Of a stretch of DNA of 64,000 nt, positions 12,701 to 25,903 are shown in pieces. A program made the position numbers and the translations under genes. Source of the stretch: Piromyces finnis finn (lineage: Eukaryota > Fungi > Neocallimastigomycota); assembly GCA_002104945.1 (NCBI GenBank), contig MCFH01000068.1, positions 1 through 64,000 on the forward strand, given 5' to 3'. Each line of letters opens with the position of its first letter. The stretch's first letter is position 1. Under the pieces are notes generated by a model. That model did not search any database and had not been told where the DNA came from. It saw only the letters and a program-made list of their open reading frames with translations.

Positions 12701-13600
12701 TTGTTGGTAGAATTAAAGTAAGGATCAGAAGGTAAGGCTGAACGAATCCTCTCTAATAGAGAACTATCACTTAAAGAGATAACAAACGATATGCTAGTGA
12801 AATTGGAAGAATTAAGAATTGAACCTGAATTAGTAACTTTATGTTCGTAATCAGGTCTACGAGATAAGCAATCAGCTCTATTCTTTGAACCAGGTTTGTA
12901 TTTAATAACAAAATCAAAACGAGAGAAGAAGATACTCCAACGAATATGACGTTGGGAAAGATGATCTGGTTTACGCTCAAAAAGAAGATTACGATGATCG
13001 AAGAAGACAGTAATTTGGTGAATTGCACCTTTAAGGTGATGTCTCCAGATCTGGAAGGCTTCTTTGATAGCAAGGAGTTCCTTGTCGTAGATTGGGTAAT
13101 TACATTCGGCGTTGGTTAAAGCTCTCGAGAAGAAAGAAACAGGATGAAGAGAACCATCAAATTTCTGAAGAAGTACACTACCGATAGCGAAGTTACTAGA
13201 ATCAGATTCGATGATAAAAGGCTTGTTCGGATCGGAATGGCGAAGAAGACTGGCCGAAAGGAAAGCATTTTTTAAATTGTTGAAAGCTGAGACGGCATCT
13301 GAGTCCATAATGAAAGGAACATTTTTCTTTAACAATCGAGTCAAGGGTGAAGCGATTTTTGAAAAATTCTTTATAAAACGCCTGTAGTAGTTACAAAGAC
13401 CCGTGAATTGTTGGATGTTTTTGGTATTTTGAGGAAGAGGCCAATTAAGAATGGCGTCTACTTTATTCTTTTACATTGATATTCCAAAACCAGAAAGATG
13501 GTGACCAACAAAATCAATTTCAGGGACATCGAATTCACATTTTTCAAGTTTAGCATAGAGGTTATTCTTGAGAAGACGTTCGAGAATTAAGCGAACATGC
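9751..13600 (-). mobile_element. Element E1: 5'-truncated Ty3/gypsy chromovirus with 3' LTR family K (9751-10825, split by LTR-G)
   Basis: PPT GGAGGGCAT beside 10825. Broken RT-end, RNase H (12511-13344), integrase (11663-12331) and chromodomain (QYLVDWKRY..SWE, ~11400-11560). Confidence 0.88.
10154..10785. mobile_element. Solo LTR, family G (TGATAA...TTATCA), 4-bp TSD ACAA
   Basis: Inverted termini; ACAA at 10150-10153 and 10786-10789; inverted homolog at 39743-40353. Confidence 0.82.
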
Positions 13601-14256
13601 TGTCAAAATCACAATTCATGAAATTTGACATTTCATGAAATTTCATAATTTTGAAATTATTAATTAAATTAATTAAAATATTAATTTAATAATATTTTAC
13701 TAATAATAGTTTATTTAATATAAATATTAATTGGAAACCTATTTATTATCCGGAGATAAATAGTGTAACAATAAATTAATATTAAACAAACCAATTAGTA
13801 AAATAAGATTCATTTAAATAATTATTAATATTATTTTTAACAACTTATTAATATCGATATTTAAAGAAAATTATATTTTTATTATTATTATTATTATTAT
13901 ATTTTATTAATATTTATATTTATATTATTATACATGTATGTATGACTAAAAATATTATTATTATACTTTATTAATATCTATATTATATTAAAAATGAAAA
14001 TATAAATAAGTTGAACAAAGAACAACTCTAATAAGTTCTTTGTGAGATTATTATACTCATTTTTATATAGTAAATTCAATAATTAAAATTGATAATTATC
14101 ATTTATTTATATTATAAAAATTAAATAAAATAATTCTTAAAAAAAACTATATCTATTATTCTTTTATTTATAAAATTTTATTATTTACTATATAATTAAG
14201 CCTATCCTAACCTAGTAGACTTAATTATAACTATAAATCAACTATAATTCTTGACA
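13601..14256. mobile_element. LTR family E (TGTCA...TGACA) truncating the E1 RT
   Basis: Reverse complement of 38315-38961; flanks do not match. Confidence 0.82.
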
Positions 14257-17200
14257 AAATAAAATATACTCATAACGTTAATAAAATTTTCTCAAGTGTA
14301 ACGAATATTGATAATTGTAAAAGGTTTTATTATATTTTAGTTAATAAGTTAAATATCAAAGTTAATTTAGTTATTACCTCTCTATACGAGTTAATAACTA
14401 AATAAAGTTTTATAAAAAATAATAAAAGAACTAAAATAAATATTATAGCACAAAAATTAATATATAAACAAATAAATATTAATATGAAATATTATCTACT
14501 TAAATAATTATTTATAATTATTATCTTTTATTTATTAATTATAATTATATACATTGATTATTATTATAGTTATTAATTTACTTTAATACTAACGCTAAAG
14601 TATTTAACGTTAGTTTAAACTATACTATTTACCTATAATAGTTTATTTACTAAACCACTTGATTGGGTGAAGAAAATAAACTTTTTATTTATTTAATAAC
14701 CATTAATATATGGTTATGCATATTTCTGGCCAATAAATGTTAACCAGAATATATGGTTTCAATTGAAATATTTGTGGGCAAACTTATGGCCACAAATATT
14801 TCTTACAATGCCCCCCTAAGAAGAAAACCTAGGCAGGGTTTTGGACACTAACCATGAATTCCTGGTAACATTTATCTTGGAATTCTTTTAACAACTTATC
14901 ATAATGGGCACTTTTGTCAATGACATCGGCATTAACCCACTCTTGTCTAAAGTCACTAAAGGTAGCTAAGTACTGGTAGACATCCTTTTTTCTTCTGGCA
15001 CTAAGGATCTTAATGATTTCTACTTCTTGCCAGGGTAAGTCTGCAACTTTTACTCTAGCAGCGCTACCATACGGCTTATGCCTATTGTCCTTCTGAGTAC
15101 AACATATGGTACAAGCTTTAATATATCCCGCAACGTCATCCATCATTTTAGGCCAATAGTAGTTTCTTACTATCAGGTCATATGTCTTATCCTTACCCAG
15201 ATGACCTGCTGTTTCGCTATCGTGGTTAAGTTTAATGATTGTATCTCTTAATACCTTTGGCACATATGTGCAATCCGGAGCATCCTTCCTTAAAATCAAC
15301 CCATTTATTTCTAACCACTTCTTCTTGATGAGCTTGTGGCCTCTCTTTGCGTTAAGGCCTTCTTTAATTTCCCTTGCTAGCTCATCAGTGTTGTAAGCTT
15401 GTTTGAGTTCCCCTACAAAGCTTACTTCTAACACCGCATAGCACTCTTCTTCCATGGGTGGAAACTCCTTTACTTGTTCTGGACGGAGGAGACTAGTTTT
15501 TTCCATCTCCAGTTGTACCTTTCTGGAGATACCATTCTTGATAGTATATCGGCTCTACCATTCATTTTCCCTGGCCGATATATTATTTCAAAGTTGTACG
15601 CAGCGAACAGGTCTTTCCATCTTGCCTGTCTTGCTGTCAACAACTGAGGTTTAGTGGCGAACAGGAGGTTCCTGTGGTCGCTGTAAACCAAGACCTTGTG
15701 TTTCGCACCCATTAGTAGGTGTCGCCACTCAATGAAAGCATTTCTAATAGCCAACAACTCCTTTTCCGTGATAGAGTAGTTGATCTCTGCTTTCGTAAGC
15801 TTCTTAGAGTAGTAGTACACAGGGTGTAGTTCATTGTAATCACCAAGTTGTGACAGTACACCACCAACTGCGTAATTACTAGCGTCACACTCCACGATAA
15901 ACTGACGTTCATGGTCAGGATAGGCTAATACTGGTGGAGCTAACAACATTTCATTTAACTTTTCGAACGCCTGCACACGTTCTTCATTCCATAGGAACTG
16001 CAACTTCTTGAACGTCATAGAATAGAGTGGTCTTGCTATTTTGGAGAAGTCCTTAATGAATTTCCTATAATAGTTACAGAACCCCAGGAAGGACTGTAAT
16101 TCCTTTATGTTAGTTGGTTGAGGCCAACTAGCTACAGCTTTTAATTTCTCTGGATCAGTTTTAATTCCGTACCTTCCTACGACGTGACCCAGGAATGCAA
16201 GTTCGTCCTTGTGAAACTCGCACTTTGCTAATTTAGCTACTAGACGGTTGTCTATTAGCTTTTGTAGGACTCGTTTCACATGTCCCACATGTTCTTCAAG
16301 TGTTTTGGAGTATATGATGATATCATCCAAGTACACTTGGCAACAGTCATTGATTTCCTCTGCTAATACAGTATTGATAAATCCTTGGAATGTGGCAGGT
16401 GCATTGGTCAAACCAAAGGGCATTACCAGATATTCATAATGGCCGAACTTGGTTGAGAATGCAGTCTTGTATTCGTCACCCTCGCGAATACGCACAAGGT
16501 TGTAGGCAGACTTCAAATCCAGCTTGGAGAAGATAGTTGCACCTTTCATGGCTTCGAATACCTGACTTATTAGTGGTAGTGGGAAGGAATTACGTACTGT
16601 TACTTTATTGAGACGCCTGTAGTCAGTACATAGACGTCTTTCACCACTTTTCTTGGGCACAAACAAGACGGGATATCCTGCAGGACTTTCTGACTTCCTT
16701 ATGAAGCCCTTGGCAAGATTTTCCTCTTTATATTCCTTCAACGCTTTTTCTTCTTCTGGGTTGAATGGATATATAGGGCCCTTATGAAGACTCGCATCAG
16801 GTTCCAGGTCGATTTTACAATCGTAGAGGCGGTGCTCTGGTAGCTGATTAGCTATGTCTTCGTTGAATGCTTCCTTGAAATCATGGTAATATTTTTCCAC
16901 AATTTCTTCTAGTGTAGGTTGGTTTTTGGGTAAGTTTTCTTCTTTGCCAACCCTACGTAAACGTGATTTCCATCTGACTTTCATATGTCAACCCTCCGGA
17001 ATTGCGATTTTTCTCTAAGTACACACTTGGTGCCAACCCTACTGAAACACAACTTTTATCTAAGTTGAATTTTCGAAACAACCCTCCAGAAACTTGGTCT
17101 TCAGGGACTACTGGTTTTTTGTGACTACCATTACCAACGATCTCCGCTTCAATGTTTTCGATAGTAACAGTTACTACAGGCTTTCTAGCTTCTGTATGGG

Positions 17201-17880
17201 TAACTGTTGTAATGGGACTTATTTGAGCACAGTAGTAGATATCACCACCCTGGGTTCCATAACCAATAGTGTGTCCCTTTTGTATATTGTCATCTACCAC
17301 AAAGTACCTGACTTGAGCGTTTTTATCATAACCCCTGTAGATGTAGTGCTCATCCATAAAGCCCAAGCCTACTATTATTATTTCTGGCATGTTATCCGAC
17401 AAATGACAACTTGTATTTGTAACGAAATATTATAATAATAAACACACACACTCTAATGTATCAAATATATATGTATTTTTTTTAATAATGTTTATTTATT
17501 AAATTTATTATTATAATACGACTAACTCGCTAGGTCAGTGTATTATCAAACTAAAGACGAAACAAAAAAACTAATTTTTATTAATTATTAATAAAAACAC
17601 TAAAGAACTATTTTATCTTTCTTATTCTCTCTTTTATACATGAAAATTATTTTTATTTTTTTAATACAATTTGATAAGTGAATTAATTACTTAATGATTG
17701 GTTATAAAAATATAATTATGAAATTTTCATTAATCTAACCTTAATGATTTTCTAGTCTAACCCTTATCATTAGATATACCTCATTACAAGCTCCTCCTCT
17801 AAATTCGGATTCCAGACGAATTTATAAGCTAATAATTTTTTTTTTTTTTTAAATAGGCAGTTGACTTCATATGAGAATTA

Positions 17881-18120
17881 AAAGGTGTGGTACAATGGTC
17901 GAGTAGTTGGCAATAAACTAGAAGGTTGTGGGTTCGAAGTCGGGGTTGGTAGAGTAACTTTGATGTAAGGCGGGTTGGCGCCAAGACTAAAGTATGTCCA
18001 ACAAGTACTAGAGGTTTCATAGGCAAGGTTCCAATATGGCCGTTTGATAGTACTTGTTCTTGGTACGCTTGTAAGTCCAGTAAATCCCTATGGGAGCTTC
18101 GCCAAAACGGTATCGGTTAA
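17881..18120 (+). ncRNA. Candidate tRNA-headed structured RNA, antisense in the E3 3' UTR
   Basis: A box TGGTACAATGG 17888-17898, B box GGTTCGA 17931-17937, 11-bp stem 18000-18010/18048-18058. Confidence 0.45.
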
Positions 18121-18193
18121 GTTTATTCTAAAAATTGATATTCCCTCATTTGTGTCTAAAAATTAATGAAAATTAGTTAATTTTATTATTATT

Positions 18194-18223
<30 letters not shown>

Positions 18224-18228
<5 letters not shown>

Positions 18229-18505
18229 GGGTCTTGTTGAATTCTCTTAGCTTTGCTGGACAGTTCAGATTTTCTTCGGGTTCCCATGAGGCTTCTGAAA
18301 TAGGATATCCTTTCCATTTGATCAAGTACTGAGTTTTGTTATAGCGTCTTCTTTTGTCCAGAATTTCTTCTACTTCGTATTCCTCCTCTTCGTTTATAAT
18401 GACAGGTGGTGGAGGTTGAACTTTTCGGTTTGTACTTTTCCCTTCGAAGTAAGGCTCGAGAGATGATTTATGGAATACCGGATCAATCTTCATGTTACCA
18501 GGGAG
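18224..18505 (-). pseudogene. E3 integrase C-terminus with chromodomain, cut off by E4
   Basis: [10 protein letters not shown]...[21 protein letters not shown]; joins in frame to FKLKLP at 24703-24730 when E4 is removed. Confidence 0.9.
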
Positions 18506-19144
18506 TGTAATGGCGACACAGAAAGAATAGATTAGGATATCTATTCTATTACAATAACACAAAATTTGAAAAATAAAATAAAAAATTGTTTTATAAAATA
18601 TCTTTTATTATAATAGAATTTTAATAATAACAATTACATCGATAAAATGATGAAAAATATCTTCTATTTATATTTTTCCTAAATACATTTATATTATATT
18701 ATAACTATTTATTTCTTATATATTATTATTTAAAATCTACACTAAAATCTTAATTATTAATAAATATTTAAACTATAACTATTTTTAGTAAAATACAATT
18801 GGCAATTCAAATTAAGTACTATTTAATTTGAATATGTGCCCATGTATTATTGATATATTAATCATTTATTATTTATCTATTTCTATAAAAAAACAATACT
18901 AAAACTAGGGATTTAAATTGAGAATATTAATTTACTTGTTAAACATTAAAAATAAATTAATAATTTATTTTGTTTTAAACTTTAATTATTAATAAATAAA
19001 TTATGTCTCATTTTCTTTTTCTGAATATAATTTGTGTAACTTAAACAATAATACTTGTGGCTTAAGTTACATTAAAGATATCAAACAGAGGCGTTTGATA
19101 TCTTTACAATCTCTCTCTCTAAGTCGAGCTCCTGCGAGATTAAT

Positions 19145-22100
19145 TTATAAGGAATCTTTTCTCGAAGGAATTTCAATTAAAAATGGTTGGTATCTGTGCT
19201 TGATTAGATTACCAACTTTATTCTTTCTAATTTTCATGGAGGAGTCGTTCGACTTATATTTTGACTTTTTAGAGTTTCTTTCAAACTCTTGTATTAATTG
19301 TTTATCTGGAATCTGATCTTCAGAAATCCAAGTGGATTTGTCAAATCCTTTCCATGATAACTTATAAAATGTTTCACCATTAACAGATTTCATCTTTTCA
19401 ATTTTCTCTGGAATTTTTTCAATTAAATCTTTGTTAAGGTGAATGTTCCTCTTCCTACGATTAGACCTGTCGTTAAACTCGTTTTCAAAGTATGGTTCTA
19501 ACAATGAGACATGAAAGACTGGATGACATCTCATTGTCTTTGGAAGTTTCAATTTGAAAGCGAGAGAACTAACTTTTTCAATTATCTCAAATGGACCAAG
19601 CATTTGAGGTGCTAATTTTTTCTTTAAGTTAGTTCCAGGAGAATCTTTCAATAACCATACCTTCTTTCCCACTTCGAACTCTGGAGGAATCATTCTTTTC
19701 ATATCGGCATATTTCTTATATGTTTCTTTTGCTTTTTCTAAATTTTCTTTTAATAATTTAAAGTTTTCATTCATATCAATTACTCTTTGTTCAGCTCTAC
19801 TAGGTCTATCATTAGCTGGAATTTCTAAGCTGAACTTTGGATGAAAACCATAATTAGCAAAGAATGGGGATTGATTTATAGATTGTTGTAAAGTATTATT
19901 ATATGCAAATTCAACAAATGGGATAAGATCAACCCAGTTATTCTGCTTTTTATTTATAAAACAACGGAAATATTGTTCTAATATGCCGTTCACCCTCTCC
20001 GTTTGACCATCTGTCTGCGGATGGTTGGCAGTTGATAATGAATGATTGATATTAAGAAGGTCACAAAGTCTTGACCAAAAGTCAGAAGTAAATTGCGAGC
20101 CTCTATCAGAAATGATGGAATCAGGAAGACCATGCAAACGGAAGACATTAGCAATAAAAGCATCAGCAGCAATCGAAGCAGTAGGAAGACAACGTAAAGG
20201 AATGGCGTGAGCAAATTTAGTAAATCTATCGACAACAACCATGAGAGTTGTCATATCTCTGGACTTAGGAAGATCAACAATAAAATCAATAGAAATATCA
20301 GACCAGGGCCTACTAGGAGTGTCCAAAGGGGATAACAATCCATAAGGCTTATGTCTGGGGACTTTGGATTTGCAACAAGTCACGCAAGATTTAATAAAGG
20401 ATTTAACATCTGAATGAAACCTTGGCCACCAAAAGTTTCTGGAAATCAGTTCAGTGGTTTTCTTAATACCGAAATGACCAGCAGCAACAGAATCATGATG
20501 AAGTTCCAAAACTCTTGTCCTAAGAGATTTAGGAACATAAATAAGATTATTATATAACAAAAATCCTTCGTTATCAATAATAACTTTATCAATATTTTTA
20601 ATAGGTGCATTACATGCAGAACCATTCATTTTAAATTGGACAATAGAATTATACAAATCGTCATTTTTAAGTTCTAATAAAATAGAATCGATTAACGGTT
20701 TGTTATCGCTATGATGAAACGAAATAGTAAGACAAGAAACATCAGAATTAATATTATTCTCTACATGGTCACTTCTACGAGACAGGATATCAGGCTTACC
20801 GGATTTCTTTCCAGCTCTATAAATGAGTTTAAAATCAAATCTGGATAAGAACAAATTCCATCTAATTTGTCTCTGAGATAACATTTCAGGTTTTCTAGGA
20901 AATGTTAAGTTCTTGTGATCAGTATAAATTATGAACGGATGGCGTGCACCTTCTAAATAATGACGCCATTCTTCAAGAGCAACTACAATAGCTAAAAGTT
21001 CCTTGTCATATATAGGATAGTTTCTTTGACAACTCGTCAAACTTTTAGAAAGAAATGCAATAGGATGTAATTTGCCATCAAATTCTTGAGAGAGAATAGC
21101 ACCGACAGCATAATTACTAGCATCAGTTTCTACAATAAATTGATTATTACTATCCGCATGTTTCAGAATAGGAGCTGACGTGAACAGAGTTTTTAATAAA
21201 ATAAAAGCGTCCTGATCTTCTTTCACCCAGTTAAAAACAACATTTTTTCTAGTGAGTTTGTGAAGAGGGTTTGCAATTTTAGCAAAGTCTTTAATAAAAA
21301 TTCTGTAATAGTTGCATAAACCAATAAAAGACTGAACCTCTTTAACATTCTTGGGAACCGGCCAATCGAGAATTGCTTTAACTTTATTCTCATCCATTTG
21401 CAACCCATCTTTTGAAATGACATAACCAAGAAAAGTGGTTTTCTCAACATCAAACTCACATTTTTCTAATTTAACATAAAGATTATTTTCAAGTAGTTTC
21501 TTAAGTACCTTTTTAACATGCTCATGATGTTCTTCGATATTATTAGAATAAATAAGAATATCATCAATATATGAGATAACAAAATCGTCTAAATAGTCAC
21601 TAAGGACATCGTTAATGAAGTGTTGAAAAGTTGCAGGTGCATTCTTTAATCCAAAAGGCATAACCAGATATTCAAAATGTCCATATCTAGTACGAAAAGC
21701 CGTTTTTTATTCATCACCTTCTTTAATACGAACAAGATTATAAGCGGATTTAAGGTCTAATTTAGTAAAAATCTTAGCATTTTTCACCCTATCCAAAAGG
21801 TCACTTATTAAAGGTAAAGGATATGAATTACGAATTGTAATATTATTCAACCTTCTATAATCAATACAAAGTCTTAAGGAACCGTCCTTCTTTTTAACAA
21901 ACAAAATTGGGGCACCAGCAGGAGACGATGATTTCCTAATAAAACCTTTATTTAAATTATCATCAATATACTTTTTAAGTTCCTCTCTTTCAACTTCAGT
22001 TAATGGATACAAGGGTCCATAAAATAAAGTTGAATCATCCTTAAGTTTGATTTCACAATCATAAGGTCTATGAGGAGGTAACACTTCACAATTTTTTTCG

Positions 22101-23734
22101 TTAAACACTTCACTAAATTCTAAATATTGGGTTGGTACGGCGACCAATTTATCTTTATTAATATTCTTTTCATTATTATTATTACTACATGATTCATTAT
22201 CATTATTACATGTTTCATTAATTTTCGTTACAATACATTTAACTTTTTTATTAAAACTAATATATTCATCATCGCTGTCATCTTCATCATTAATGGTTCT
22301 AACAAGGCGGCCTTTAACATATTCTTTTTCTTCATGGTTTGGGACGGAGGGATCTACTTTCGGTTTTTTGGTTAAGCTTCGGTCGAGAACATCGTGATCT
22401 AATTGATCATTCTTGGACTTCTTTCTTGGTTTTCTTTTTCTTTTACCTTTGTTACAGTGTCTGGCACAATAACCAGAAATAAAAGCGATTTTCTTAGAGT
22501 CATAGAAAGCATTTGTATTATGCTTCTTTATCCACGGCAAACCAAGAATAACATCAACACCGGGGACTTGTAATCCATAAAGTTGAATTACTTCGAAGTG
22601 ATTTTTGCAACGGAGCATGCACTTCTCAGTCCTTTCCCAAACACTAACAACTCCATCACTAACACCAGATACACGGAATGGTTCTACTTTTTCCAAATTA
22701 ATACCAAGGTCTTCAGCAAGACTTGGATTAATGAAATTTAATTCAGAACCGGAATCAATTAAAACCTTAATTTTAACTTCCGAAACTTCATTGGTACTCA
22801 AGTAAAAATCCACAAGATTTAAATCACTTTTCACTCCCTTGACTCCAACTTTGTAAATTTTTGGATTAACAATTTTTGGAGTCCCTTCTTTAACAATTCT
22901 TAACACTTTTCTGGGCTTTACTCTATTAGGACAATTAAATTTTAAATGTCCCGGTTGTTTACAAAGAAAACATAACCCTTTTTTCTTTTCTTCTTCAAAG
23001 TTATCTATGTTTTCATTGTAATTTTTACTTGATCCTTGAATATTCACATACCTTTTTCGTTTATTCTCTCTACTAATTTTAAATACATCCACATCCATAG
23101 GATCATTAGCCCTTCTACCATTAAAATAAAATTCACTTAAAGAATTCCTTTTCATCATATCTTCAACTAGAATAGTTGAAGAAATCAATTGTTCAATTGA
23201 AGTTGGGTTTGATTCAATGAAAGCCAACTTCTCCCTAAGTGGTGGTAATAAACCTTTCAGAAACATGTAGATTTTTGCGCTATCATTAAAGCTTGAATTT
23301 TGGCTAATACGTTGAAACTCGGTAATGTAATCTAATACCTGACCAAGTTTCCTTTGGCGAAGATTATCTAATTTTCCGTTAGCTACAACGGTATCGTATC
23401 TATAACTGCCAAAATTAGCCTTCAACCTATCTACAAATTCATCATAATGGTTTAAAACCCCACTATTATTCTTCATCAACACTGAAGCCCATTCCAAAGG
23501 TTTACCAGAGAAGTATGATATAACGAAGTCGACCTTGACTCGATCTGTATTGTACAGTGTCGGTCGAGTACGAAATACCAACTCCACTCTAGTTAAAAAT
23601 CCATCTAATTCACGTTGTTTACCAGAGAATATCGGTGGAGCATTAATAATGTTCCCCGAGTTCCCGGAAACACCCACATTCCTATCACCCATTTCCAAAT
23701 TCAAATTTTCAAATTCACTAATTAAACCCTCCAA
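19145..23734 (-). CDS. E4 single-frame Gag-Pol with one in-frame TAA at 21707-21709
   Basis: [41 protein letters not shown]. ORFs 21707..23734 and 19145..21661 share a frame. Confidence 0.9.
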
Positions 23735-24088
23735 CTTACTAAAATAAATAAAATGTTTTCTTACTACTATTTCAAGTAAGTAATTTTTTTTTTTTTTTAA
23801 TTATTTATAAAAAATAATTTTAGTATATCTAACAATACAAAAGTTATTCAGACGCGTTCTGCAAAAAGCAGTGTCGAACAAGTTTTGTACTACTAATCAA
23901 TCCTTAATGGTTATTCTTGGTCCTTTCTTCCCACTCGGCGGCGGTAGATTCAATTTCAACCCAGTAGTTATTCCTTCTTTTTTCTTCTTTTAATCGGCGG
24001 TAGACTCAATTTCAACTCAGTAGTTATTCCTTCTTTTTCTTCTTTTACTCGGCGGTAGATACCCTAACGTATTCTTGGTTTTCGTTAG

Positions 24089-24099
24089 GTAATTGTTAT
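24089..24099 (-). promoter_or_regulatory. E4 primer-binding site, self-priming type (ATAACAATTAC)
   Basis: Directly follows the 5' LTR and is complementary to GTAATTGTTAT at 24231-24221 inside the LTR. Confidence 0.85.
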
Positions 24100-24702
24100 T
24101 GTAATGGCGACACAGAAAGAATAGATTAGGATATCTATTCTATTACAATAACACAAAATTTGAAAAATAAAATAAAAAATTGTTTTATAAAATATCTTTT
24201 ATTATAATAGAATTTTAATAATAACAATTACATCGATAAAATGATGAAAAATATCTTCTATTTATATTTTTCCTAAATACATTTATATTATATTATAACT
24301 ATTTATTTCTTATATATTATTATTTAAAATCTACACTAAAATCTTAATTATTAATAAATATTTAAACTATAACTATTTTTAGTAAAATACAATTGGCAAT
24401 TCAAATTAAGTACTATTTAATTTGAATATGTGCCCATGTATTATTGATATATTAATCATTTATTATTTATCTATTTCTATAAAAAAACAATACTAAAACT
24501 AGGGATTTAAATTGAGAATATTAATTTACTTGTTAAACATTAAAAATAAATTAATAATTTATTTTGTTTTAAACTTTAATTATTAATAAATAAATTATGT
24601 CTCATTTTCTTTTTCTGAATATAATTTGTGTAACTTAAACAATAATACTTGTGGCTTAAGTTACATTAAAGATATCAAACAGAGGCGTTTGATATCTTTA
24701 CA

Positions 24703-25900
24703 GGGAGTTTCAATTTGAATGAGACTTCTGATATTTGTTGTTCAATTTCATAGGGACCGAGTTTCCGAGGGGTGAATTTTTTATTTCCCTTAACTAAATT
24801 ATTATTGATTAACCATACCTTTTCTCCTGGTTTGAATGACGGGCCTGGTTGTCTATGTCTATTGGCGAAATGTTCTTGTTTCTTTTGGGCTTCCGAAAGG
24901 TTTTTTTTGAGGGTGCTGATAATTTCTTTTAATTCTTTTGTGTATTCTTCAGCTCTTGGAACTTAACTTGTTGTTGGAATTGTTGGATTAAAATTAGGAT
25001 GGAAACCATAGTTCAAGAAGAAGGGTGTTTGTTTTGCAGATTCTTGAACTGAATTATTGTAACTAAATTCAGCTAGGCTTAAGTATTCGATCCAGTTAGT
25101 GCCTTTATAATTTGAGAAGCAGCGTAGATATTGTTCTACAACGGAGTTCACTCTCTCCGTCTGGCCATTGGATTGGTGGTGATAAGCAGAAGAGTATTTC
25201 AAATCAATCTTGAGGGTAGCAAAGAATTTCTTCCAAAACTTTGAAGTGAACTGAGAACCTTGGTCGAGAACAATGTCGGAAGGGCATCCATGAAGTTTGA
25301 AGACGTTGTTAATGAAAGCTTCGGCAGCACGTTCAGCAGTGGGAACTTTTTCAAGAGGGATAAAGTGAGCCATTTTTGTCAATCGATCAATGACAACGAA
25401 GATACAGGTAAATCCACGAGAAGAGGGGAGGTCAGTGATAAAATCCATAGCAATGGAAGACCAGGGACGTTCACCTAAAGGAAGAGTGGATAATAACCCG
25501 TAAGGTTTATGTCTAGAGGATTTCGAACGACAGCAGACCTCACAAGAACGGACATATCCTTAACATCCTGATACATTTTGGGCCACCAGTAGTTACGGGA
25601 AATCAAGGATAAAGTTTTTGAAATACCAAAATGGCCGGCAGCAGGGGAGTCATGACAAGAAGACAGAATTTCCACTCGGCAATCATTAGGAACATAGATT
25701 TTATCTTGGAAAAGGAGGACGTTGTTACTAAGTTTGTAGTCAGAAGAACAATTATCATTGAGAAGTTGATTAGAAGTCTCAATGAAGAATTTGTCAAGTT
25801 TACAAGAGAGAGCAATTTTTTCAAGAAGAGAAGAAGGAGTGGATGAAGCAAAGCAGGAGCTGAAATTTTCGGGACGAAAGACAGAGTTATTAGAATCGGA
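24703..25900 (-). pseudogene. E3 integrase (HHCC, core, GPY) in frameshifted pieces
   Basis: [31 protein letters not shown]. Confidence 0.85.
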
Positions 25901-25903
25901 ATT

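Larger units (their letters stand above)
18506..24702 (-). mobile_element. Element E4: full-length chromovirus (LTR family A, 603 bp), TSD GGGAG
   Basis: LTRs 18506-19108 and 24100-24702 look identical; GGGAG at 18501-18505 and 24703-24707; PPT AGAGAGAGAT. Confidence 0.96.

Noticed and set aside
17960-18120. Group I intron, RNase P/MRP or hammerhead identity for the structured block
   Set aside because: Only weak partial matches (GACTA/AAGTC). No CTGATGA/GAAA core or convincing P4 motifs.
23935-24060. CRISPR-like repeat-spacer array (also 34517-34740, 42909-43028, 46510-46640)
   Set aside because: These are plain tandem repeats without unique spacers, there are no cas genes, and the context is eukaryotic.
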